A DNA stretch of 32,000 nt from Candidatus Hadarchaeota archaeon (GCA_964514965.1 CAZETV010000001.1:843063-875062), one strand, 5' to 3'. Positions 25,761-31,821 are shown, counted from the stretch's first letter. The notes: a model not told the origin generated them from the sequence alone. Program-made: numbers and translations.

Positions 25761-25803
25761 AAAAAATAGGTGTGGGGGAGAGAACTTTTGTCATTCCTCC
25801 CCC
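25761..25803 (-). terminator. Hairpin plus T6 tract downstream of the small Cys-tailed ORF (minus strand)
   Basis: Minus-strand reading: GGGGGAGGAA (25803-25794), a 9-nt loop, TTCTCTCCCCC (25784-25774), then a 7-nt spacer and TTTTTT (25766-25761). It begins 26 nt after the stop codon at 25829-25831. Confidence 0.5.
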
Positions 25804-25828
25804 TGATTAGCTTTTGATTAAGGTCGTT

Positions 25829-26020
25829 TCATCCGCAGCAGCACACTACCAATCCCAGAGCGCTGGCTCTAACACCTCGCTCTAATTTTTCGATTACCAA
25901 GTTGGGAACAGTCCTTATTTCCTCGGCCAAAGCAGCCTCAATTTGTGGTGTAGTCTTGATTTGAAGGACTTCCCCCAATGCTGGTTGCTTCGCTAACTTT
26001 GCCCTTTGCGTAAGTATCAC
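25829..26020 (-). CDS. Candidate RiPP precursor peptide (63 codons) with C-terminal ...SALGLVVCCCG
   Basis: The ORF starts 28 nt downstream of the radical SAM/SPASM gene on the same strand and is followed by a hairpin/T-tract. The sequence MILTQRAKLAKQPALGEVLQIKTTPQIEAALAEEIRTVPNLVIEKLERGVRASALGLVVCCCG has a ~50-aa Cys-free, charged, helix-prone leader-like part. A short hydrophobic tail follows, ending in three consecutive Cys plus Gly. The start is uncertain. GTG 26020 directly abuts the GGAGG motif (26027-26023) with no spacer, and the only other in-frame start is TTG 25978. Confidence 0.5.
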   Translation of the reverse strand: MILTQRAKLAKQPALGEVLQIKTTPQIEAALAEEIRTVPNLVIEKLERGVRASALGLVVCCCG

Positions 26021-26048
26021 CTCCTTTTTCGATACTGAATTTAATTTA

Positions 26049-27458
26049 TTAATGTTTCATAAGAGCTTTTTGGCAGCCCGGCGGTTTCCCGAAGAAATTC
26101 CCGTCATTGTAATAAGCTCTCAGACGGCAAATCTTTAAAGTGCAGGTGCTTGATAAAGAGCAGCTTTTACATTCATTTAGATTTTGTAATTCTATAGAAC
26201 CCCTAAAGAGTTTCCAGCTCTCGGATATCCAAATATCCTCAATGTTCTGTAGTCTTGCTGAGCCCATAGCAAATTTATCATCGTGAAAAGCGTACACACA
26301 TGGAAAAACGATTCCATCGGATCTGATTGCCATCCTTGTGGTGCCGGCTGTGCAAAAGATTTTGGAGTTCCCTTCTGTAGTATCTAGGTCCTTATATTCC
26401 GGTACAGACGGGTCTAGGTAACCAACATAAATACTATCGCCGTATTCACTAGTGAGCTGTTTAGCCGTGTGGGAAATATTGATAATTTCAGACGGCCCCA
26501 GTAAAAGATCATCTTGGTGTTTTGCCCTTCCGAGAGGATCTAGGAGTATAAAATTGATAGATTTTGCACCCAGTTCAATTGCAGTTTCAACGAGGTCTTT
26601 CAACTGATGGATATTTTTATTGTGAACCGTCGTTGATATATGAAAACATGCCCCAGCTTGAGAAAGAAACTTTAGACCTTTAATTACTTTATCAAAACAT
26701 TCCTGACCTCTCAGCATGTTATGTGTTTCGCTGTCAGCACCGTCTAGAGAAACAGTTGTTGAGAAATTGGGCGATGAGAGAATAACCGCAAGTGATTCAT
26801 CGATTAAAGTGCCGTTTGTCAATAATTCTATTCTTATCCTCTTTGAAGTTAAGTATTGTATTATGGTCTTTGCCTTAGGGTACACTAAGGGTTCACCGCC
26901 TGAGATTATAACTCGGAATGTCTCCAAACTTTCAAACTGATCAAATATCTTAAACCATGAGTCAGCTTCTAGTTGGTTAGATATTTTCTGACCCGCATCA
27001 TAGACGCAGTGTCGGCATTTTAGATTACAAGCGTTTGTAAAATGTACTTCAGCTTCATATGGTGTTGATGTGACTGGAACATCAGATTTGATAAAAGTTT
27101 GATGATGCTTGACGTGTGGTGAAAGAACTTTCTCAGATTTTGTTAAGATATTACTAGTAAGATCTTTTTTTAAAAGATTGATTATTTCTACAGCTTGTAG
27201 CTCGATGCCTTTCTCACGTAAATAATTACAAACTTGTTCAATCGTGAGAGAATTATTCTGCAACAATTTTAGTATTATGAAGAGTGTTCCACTGATTTTG
27301 TATTTGTCGCCGCTATCTATTTTAAAAGCCGAATAGTGTGTGTGGAAATTCGGGTCGCTTCTTACTATCCAACGATTGGACAAAGTGTAGCGTTCTCGGG
27401 GTGAGATGAAAAAGTCTTCTCCAGTCTCTACATCTTTGGGATGATTATTTCGCGTCAT
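26049..27458 (-). CDS. Radical SAM / SPASM-domain peptide-maturase-like enzyme with N-terminal PqqD-like (RRE) domain
   Basis: 469 aa. The rSAM cluster motif is HFTNACNLKCRHCVY (CX3CX2C), followed by GGEPL (SGGEPLVYP). The SPASM region reads CTAGTTRMAIRSDGIVFPC ... CKSCSLSSTCTLKIC ... GC. The ~130-aa N-terminal extension is a beta segment followed by helices (YKISGTLFIILKLLQNNSLTIEQVCNYLREKGIELQAVEIINLLKKDLTSNIL). This looks like the PqqD/RRE winged-helix leader-binding domain. The gene is visibly AT-rich relative to flanking core genes. Confidence 0.8.
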   Translation of the reverse strand: MTRNNHPKDVETGEDFFISPRERYTLSNRWIVRSDPNFHTHYSAFKIDSGDKYKISGTLFIILKLLQNNSLTIEQVCNYLREKGIELQAVEIINLLKKDLTSNILTKSEKVLSPHVKHHQTFIKSDVPVTSTPYEAEVHFTNACNLKCRHCVYDAGQKISNQLEADSWFKIFDQFESLETFRVIISGGEPLVYPKAKTIIQYLTSKRIRIELLTNGTLIDESLAVILSSPNFSTTVSLDGADSETHNMLRGQECFDKVIKGLKFLSQAGACFHISTTVHNKNIHQLKDLVETAIELGAKSINFILLDPLGRAKHQDDLLLGPSEIINISHTAKQLTSEYGDSIYVGYLDPSVPEYKDLDTTEGNSKIFCTAGTTRMAIRSDGIVFPCVYAFHDDKFAMGSARLQNIEDIWISESWKLFRGSIELQNLNECKSCSLSSTCTLKICRLRAYYNDGNFFGKPPGCQKALMKH

Positions 27459-27487
27459 GTTACTCTTTATTCATGGCGAATGCGCGG

Positions 27488-27500
27488 CATATAAGTTTAC
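27488..27500 (-). promoter_or_regulatory. Candidate BRE/TATA element for the radical SAM gene
   Basis: The minus strand reads GTAAACTTATATG. The TATA-like core is centred ~34 nt upstream of ATG 27458, which implies a very short leader. Confidence 0.35.
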
Positions 27501-27754
27501 AGAAATGTATTCGGTAAAAATCTCATTTTTCGCGCTGGGTTCAACCTACTATCCTTCTAATTATTTCTTTACTTTCCGTCGCTGCAGCACATGCTTGCTG
27601 AGCATAGCTTTTAGTTGGCGCAACATTCAGAGAGCGTAACCCGTTGCCCCTACCGCAAGCACGCTAACTCCGAGTTCGACTAAATTTATTCTTCAAAATA
27701 AGTTGTTTGCAAACTTTTAGTCCTAGTTGGCATGGCCGCGTTTAAAAACCAGTT

Positions 27755-28717
27755 TTACCCCTGCAAGAATGCACCTTGGAGGAAGGCGAGAAGACCGAAC
27801 ACTATCGCGACAAGAGTTATCTTTCTAAAAAGTGCAGTAGGGGGGCTTCTCTTCACTGTAAGAGTCGCGGCCGTGATGAGGAACAGGACATCGGCCACTC
27901 CAACGAGAGCGAGATAGACCATATTTCCATAGTAGGAGGTATCTTTCAGTAAAAAGAATGGAATGAGGCTCATGATAACGGCAATTATGTAAAAAACAGA
28001 GGCAACCCTATAGGCGTTTCGTTCGCCGATGTATATGGGAAACGACCGAACACCCTGCGCTCGGTCTCCGGCCATATCCATAACATCTTTCATTATCTCC
28101 CGCCCCACACCTGCAAAGAATGCAATAAATGTCAAAAGCCATATGATGGGTGGAAGGTTGGGGGAAACGGCGGCTGCGCCAAAGAGAAACGGTACCGCCA
28201 TTATATATGCAATGTAAAAGTTACCGATGGGTTTTATCTTCTTAATTTTTACGTCATACGCTATCGCAAACAAAGCCGTTATCAGTGCGATGAGAAAGCA
28301 CGGCAGATTGACGAGAAATGAAAAGATTATGCCGAGAGGGAACAGAAGGAAAAAGATGATGAGCGCGGTGTGTGGTTGGATATCCTCCCGAACTAGCGGT
28401 CTGTCTTTTCTCTTGTTCTTCTTATCAATCTCCAGATCAAAGTAATCATTTAGAGCAAAGGTGCTCGCCTCAAGAAACAATGCAGTGAGAAAAGAGAAAA
28501 TTAGTTTGAATGTATCGGGGAGGGCGCCACGATTTGTGATGAGAGAACCGATTAGAATAGCGATAAGAATCATGACTCCATGTTCAAGCCGCATTAAATC
28601 CCAGAGCGCTTTAAGGCGTTTCATGCGGAAAAGTATCAGTATTTTTCGATAATAAGGTTTTGATTTTGAGAGGTTGGGATGAAGGATTAAAGTGAGAAGT
28701 AGAAATAAAAGTCGCAT
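27755..28717 (-). CDS. UbiA-family intramembrane prenyltransferase (DGGGP-synthase-like)
   Basis: Polytopic membrane protein with the first Asp-rich motif ALNDYFDLEIDKKNKRKDRPL and a second (REIMKDVMDMAGDR). The probable start is the internal ATG at 28624 (MKRLKALWDLMRLEHGVMI...), giving ~289 aa. Assignment to digeranylgeranylglyceryl-phosphate synthase rather than another UbiA clade is not certain. Confidence 0.75.
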   Translation of the reverse strand: MRLLFLLLTLILHPNLSKSKPYYRKILILFRMKRLKALWDLMRLEHGVMILIAILIGSLITNRGALPDTFKLIFSFLTALFLEASTFALNDYFDLEIDKKNKRKDRPLVREDIQPHTALIIFFLLFPLGIIFSFLVNLPCFLIALITALFAIAYDVKIKKIKPIGNFYIAYIMAVPFLFGAAAVSPNLPPIIWLLTFIAFFAGVGREIMKDVMDMAGDRAQGVRSFPIYIGERNAYRVASVFYIIAVIMSLIPFFLLKDTSYYGNMVYLALVGVADVLFLITAATLTVKRSPPTALFRKITLVAIVFGLLAFLQGAFLQG

Positions 28718-28770
28718 TTTGTTGCTGCTGAACCTAAACCTCTATTTTTCGACCCCGTCCGGTCCACTAT

Positions 28771-29175
28771 CTACCTTTCCACGTACTTTTTCCAGCTCTG
28801 TCTTACGATCTGGACTCCAAGGACGATAAGAGAGATGCCCACAATGGTCAGAATTATCCCGTAAGCGGCTGTCCTCCAATCAACGGCGAGTTGGGTTCCG
28901 CTAGCCACGAGAATAATGATCCCGATGACTAAAATGCCAATATTAACGATTGGCTTACCGGGCCATACACGACTCCCCCCAGCAAAGACAAAAAGAGCGC
29001 CTGCCGCTAGGAGCCCTATCCCGACGATTAAAGTATTGGAAGTTCCTACGACATTCATCCCTTGGTTGATGAGAATAGCTCCAACAACGACCATAACTAT
29101 CCCAATCAGCATGACCGCAAATTGTTTTGGCGGCTCAGGAACAGGGGGCGGGACGTATGCAACTTTAGCCGACAT
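28771..29175 (-). CDS. Hypothetical 4-TM membrane protein
   Basis: 134 aa. A Pro-rich N-terminus (YVPPPVPEPPK) is followed by four G/I/V-rich TM helices. It overlaps the upstream ORF by 11 nt, which suggests translational coupling. Confidence 0.55.
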   Translation of the reverse strand: MSAKVAYVPPPVPEPPKQFAVMLIGIVMVVVGAILINQGMNVVGTSNTLIVGIGLLAAGALFVFAGGSRVWPGKPIVNIGILVIGIIILVASGTQLAVDWRTAAYGIILTIVGISLIVLGVQIVRQSWKKYVER

Positions 29176-29629
29176 AGCTGGGGCGCTCCTTGTCGGGCTT
29201 AGGTGGTTTGACTAGGCCCGGAAGCGGAATTGGCGGGGGGATGTTGAGCGAGCGGGAGAGCACCGTGGCCTCGACTAGTGATATGTTCGTTATGCTTTGG
29301 AGAAGCGCAGGAGGCGGAGAGCGCTGAGTTTTGTAATCTTTTTGAATTTTTTCAAGCTCCTCTGGTTTTCCAGATAAAATTGCCTGTCCTTTCAAGCTTA
29401 TCTGCGCTATCGATGGAGTGTAGCCGATCGTCACGACGAAGGGCGCCACCAGCTTTTCATCCTTGGGCTCGACGTTGACGATATTGACGTTGGTTGAGAC
29501 GCGCATTCCGGATGGAACAGGGTTGTCCCGCTCCCAAAAGCGCTCTGCGGAGATATAGTTGATACTCACGCTTATTTGCAAGTTTGACCACCGCTTGATG
29601 TTCGATGGCTTTCCTATTAAACCCAGCAT
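29165..29629 (-). CDS. Hypothetical protein, possibly SecB-like fold
   Basis: 154 aa. Alternating beta-strand-like segments (ISVSINYISAERF, VSTNVNIVNVEP, VAPFVVTIGYTP, IAQISLKGQAILSG) are followed by a helix and LVEATVLSRSLNIPPPIPLP. This resembles the SecB-family C-terminal FPxxxLxP region. A TATA-like TTTTTTATAA lies ~35 nt upstream on the minus strand. Confidence 0.4.
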   Translation of the reverse strand: MLGLIGKPSNIKRWSNLQISVSINYISAERFWERDNPVPSGMRVSTNVNIVNVEPKDEKLVAPFVVTIGYTPSIAQISLKGQAILSGKPEELEKIQKDYKTQRSPPPALLQSITNISLVEATVLSRSLNIPPPIPLPGLVKPPKPDKERPSYVG

Positions 29630-29713
29630 TCAATTGGAGCCTAAACCAAACCCCAGAGTTATAAAAAATATTCATCACGCACTTCGTATATTGGCCAGCG
29701 AGGCGCCAGAGTA

Positions 29714-29725
29714 AGCTTTTATTTT
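29714..29725 (+). promoter_or_regulatory. Candidate TATA element for tRNA-Trp
   Basis: AGCTTTTATTTT is centred ~28 nt upstream of the first tRNA nucleotide (29748). Confidence 0.35.
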
Positions 29726-29747
29726 CGGACGGGCGATGTTAGCTCGT

Positions 29748-29913
29748 GGGGTCGTAGTGTAACTTGGCTAGCACGGCAGGCTCCAGTGGCAATTGTGGGT
29801 CTGCTGACGAAAGGATGATGACCCATTGGAGCTGTGCTAGAGAGACCTGCAAACCCGGGAGAGGTTAAGTGAGGGCTTGGCCTCCGGGAATTCAAATCCT
29901 GGCGACCCCACCA
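29748..29913 (+). tRNA. tRNA-Trp(CCA) with two introns (58 nt at 37/38; 31 nt at 53/54) and a genomically encoded 3' CCA
   Basis: Manual fold: acceptor GGGGTCG (29748-54) / CGACCCC (29903-09), discriminator A, then CCA (29911-13) and a T5 run. D arm GTGT-AACTTGGCTA-GCAC. Anticodon stem GCAGG (29776-80) / CCTGC (29846-50); loop CT-CCA-G | intron 29787-29844 | A. T arm CCGGG (29855-59) | intron 29860-29890 | TTCAAAT-CCTGG. The second intron sits in a BHB-like fold: a 4-bp helix CCCG/CGGG, flanked by bulges GG|A and AA|T, with an inner helix GAGGTTAAG/CTTGGCCTC. Removing both introns leaves a 77-nt tRNA including CCA. Track ORF 29719..29922 (-) is a shadow of this gene. Confidence 0.8.
29787..29844 (+). 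ncRNA. Intron-encoded C/D-box-like 2'-O-methylation guide within pre-tRNA-Trp
   Basis: An internal CTGA (29804-07) sits 8 nt before TGATGA (29816-21), i.e. a D'/C' pair. The 12 nt before D' pair with 29843-29852 of the 3' exon (10 bp, 2 G-U). The nucleotide 5 nt upstream of D' (29799) faces C39 (29846). The 12 nt after C' pair with 29780-29789 (10 bp, 1 G-U). The nucleotide 5 nt upstream of the expected D-box position (29829) faces C34 (29783). The terminal C and D boxes are degenerate (GTGC where CTGA is expected). Confidence 0.6.
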
Positions 29914-29940
29914 ATTTTTCAAACAAATACGAAAAATCCG

Positions 29941-30056
29941 TAATACCAGGCGGGTAGCCGCACCGACTACGTTGGAGGTGATTCGTCTTCGGCAAAAAGA
30001 TGTATTGCCTCAGTTTTAAGTTTTCGTCATTGTCTCAGCTACGCCGCCCGGTATTA
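29941..30056. repeat. 116-nt element bounded by ~18-nt imperfect inverted repeats (structured sRNA or MITE-like insertion)
   Basis: TAATACCAGGCGGGTAGC (29941-58) is complementary to GCTACGCCGCCCGGTATTA (30038-56). The pairing is 7 bp + 5 bp + 4 bp, separated by one mismatch and one bulge. The interior contains a cTTCGg tetraloop motif and a TTCGTC direct repeat. It lies 27 nt downstream of tRNA-Trp. Confidence 0.4.
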
Positions 30057-30111
30057 GTGCGAGCCCGTATTAATGTCGATATGAGCTTCGACAGTTAATT
30101 ATGTGGTTTAG

Positions 30112-30121
30112 TATATAAAAA
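30112..30121 (+). promoter_or_regulatory. Candidate TATA box
   Basis: TATATAAAAA lies ~38 nt upstream of ATG 30155. Confidence 0.35.
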
Positions 30122-30154
30122 GTAATCTTTTTTGGTGATGAGAACCAATAGGAA

Positions 30155-30628
30155 ATGGGTGGTGAACTTATGGTGATGTTCTCCACACTTGGTATTTTGA
30201 AATCTGCTTTAGGTAACCCTATCTCTCGTGTAGTTCTTATCCGCTCCACTGCGCGATGTTCGAAATGCAACGATAGCAGGCTCAGAATAGCACTTGCTAG
30301 GTACGCGGGGGTTAATACCAAAGTCTGCCTGAGCTGTCGCATGTACAGCTTTGTAATTGGGAGTATAATCGACATCGGACGTGTACTGTTCCGAACCTCT
30401 AAGCGCGAGATGAGAAATTTTTTTAATAGTCAGACCACCCAGCGTGGGCTGGCGAGCATCGTGCGTGGAATAGCCGAGCACGGCATTACTCAGCCTCAGC
30501 AGCTGGGGCGCCTTTCCTTGTGGTTTGGGATTTCACTCATGCCTGTAACCTCAATTGCAAACACTGTTACCAGCGAGCCAATCGTCCGCTGCCCGATGAG
30601 CTCACCACCGACGAGGCCAAACGTTTAA
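30155..30628 (+). CDS. ORF of uncertain status: probable N-terminal extension of the downstream radical SAM gene (separated by a 1-nt frameshift), or a separate CxxC...CxxC protein
   Basis: 157-codon ORF carrying ARCSKCN...x18...CLSC. It overlaps the rSAM ORF by 109 nt in another frame. Its segment ...RGIAEHGITQPQQLG would join APFLVVWDFTHACNLNC in frame if one G were added to the G4 run at 30505-30508. Antisense ORFs also lie open here, so coding status is weak. Confidence 0.3.
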   Translation: MGGELMVMFSTLGILKSALGNPISRVVLIRSTARCSKCNDSRLRIALARYAGVNTKVCLSCRMYSFVIGSIIDIGRVLFRTSKREMRNFFNSQTTQRGLASIVRGIAEHGITQPQQLGRLSLWFGISLMPVTSIANTVTSEPIVRCPMSSPPTRPNV

Positions 30629-31635
30629 TCAAAGAACTTGCGGACGCAGATGTGGTAGCGTTAGCATTTTCTGGAGGTGAGCCGCTTATGCGCCGCGACT
30701 TTTACGAGCTGGCGGCGTATGCGCGGAGCCTCGGCCTCTACGTGGCTCTAGCGACAAACGGCACGCTCATAACGAAAGAGGTGGCGAAACGGCTCAAGAA
30801 GCTCGACATCTATGTAGAGATAAGTCTCGATGGTGCCAGTGCTGAGGTCCACGATGAATTTAGGGGGGTTCCGGGAATGTTTGACAGGACTATTAATGGA
30901 ATAAAAAACTGTGTCGAAGTAGGCATCTACACATGCATTGCCACTACAGCTACCAAGCTCAATTTAAAAGAGATGCAAGAGACGTATGAGCTAGCCTTAT
31001 CGCTTGGGTGTAAGCGTCAAATGATTTTTAACTTTATCCCAACTGGACGCGGAGCAGAAATGTTTAACCTCGACCTTTCTCCAGATGAGCGCGAGCAGTT
31101 GCTTGAGCAGAGCTATGCCAACCTAGTTAGTGGTAGGGGGTGTGATGTTTTGGGGACTGCCCCCCAGCTTGCCCGCATTGCCTTGGAGCATGCGGAAGGA
31201 GTCGAAGGGGGCCCTCTTGTATCCGCACATTTTGCGGCTCCGGCCGACCTCGGAGAACATACGAGGCTGCTTGCCGAATTCCTAGGTGGCTGCGGTGCTG
31301 GGCGCGTTTATTGTGCGATTGAGTCGAACGGTGATGTGCTGCCCTGCGTTTTCATGCCCATCAAAGTCGGCAACATCCGCGAGAAACCCTTCCTTAAGAT
31401 ATGGCGCACCTCACAAGTGTTGCGTGATCTGCGCGACCGGAGCAAGTTAAAAGGGCATTGTGGTGAGTGCGAGTATCGCTACGCTTGCGGTGGTTGCCGC
31501 GCTCGTGCTTATGGCTATTTTGAAGATTACAACATGCCGGACCCAGGGTGCGTTAACAACTTAAAATATTGGCAGAATTTCAAAGTAAAAGTTGAGGGTG
31601 AACAACAAGTTTCTGCTGAGACGAAAGCAGCATAG
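30520..31635 (+). CDS. Radical SAM / SPASM protein, NirJ/AhbC/AhbD-like
   Basis: 371 aa from GTG 30520. WDFTHACNLNCKHCY (CX3CX2C), ELTTDEAKRLIKELADADVVALAFSGGEPLMRRD, LATNGTLI, and SPASM CAIESNGDVLPC ... CGECEYRYACGGCRARAY. This is the pattern of the heme/heme-d1 biosynthesis rSAM clade. Only 8 residues precede the first cluster Cys with this start, and the frame is open upstream to 30430 without another start codon. Confidence 0.8.
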   Translation: MVWDFTHACNLNCKHCYQRANRPLPDELTTDEAKRLIKELADADVVALAFSGGEPLMRRDFYELAAYARSLGLYVALATNGTLITKEVAKRLKKLDIYVEISLDGASAEVHDEFRGVPGMFDRTINGIKNCVEVGIYTCIATTATKLNLKEMQETYELALSLGCKRQMIFNFIPTGRGAEMFNLDLSPDEREQLLEQSYANLVSGRGCDVLGTAPQLARIALEHAEGVEGGPLVSAHFAAPADLGEHTRLLAEFLGGCGAGRVYCAIESNGDVLPCVFMPIKVGNIREKPFLKIWRTSQVLRDLRDRSKLKGHCGECEYRYACGGCRARAYGYFEDYNMPDPGCVNNLKYWQNFKVKVEGEQQVSAETKAA

Positions 31636-31821
31636 CTGGAATTGGGGTTTCGAAGTTTTAAAGCGCGAAGGTTTAGTTAACATTTTCTTTATTGGGGCAA
31701 GAAGTTTACCAATTAACACCCTCTCCTGTTTAAAAGGCGAATATCTGCTAGCTCAATGCCTTGATTAACCGCGAAAAGCAACCTTCTTAACCACACTCGG
31801 ATAATGTGGGAGGGGGACGGC

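Noticed and set aside
27457-27754. 60-aa plus-strand ORF (27457..27639), and a search for additional precursor peptides in the UbiA-rSAM spacer
   Set aside because: The plus-strand ORF overlaps the rSAM promoter and has an implausible composition. Minus-strand mini-ORFs here are 9-21 codons (for example MLRQLKAMLSKHVLQRRKVKK), lack Cys and have no similarity to the 25829..26020 peptide.
29719-29922. 67-aa ORF on the minus strand
   Set aside because: It is exactly superimposed on the tRNA-Trp gene and its introns; the RNA interpretation explains the region.
30135-30200. Perfect C-box GTGATGA at 30135-30141 and a second GTGATGT at 30173-30179: a possible C/D-box sRNA
   Set aside because: No CTGA D or D' boxes lie at the required ~12-nt spacing (AATG and GTAT occupy those positions). 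The GGTGATG strings are better explained as SD-like/start-codon context of the 30155 ORF.
30070-30481. Minus-strand ORFs 30070..30375 and 30209..30481
   Set aside because: They have no recognisable motifs, overlap each other and the plus-strand ORF, and lack an upstream promoter-like element. The plus-strand reading has a TATA box and a plausible junction to the rSAM gene.
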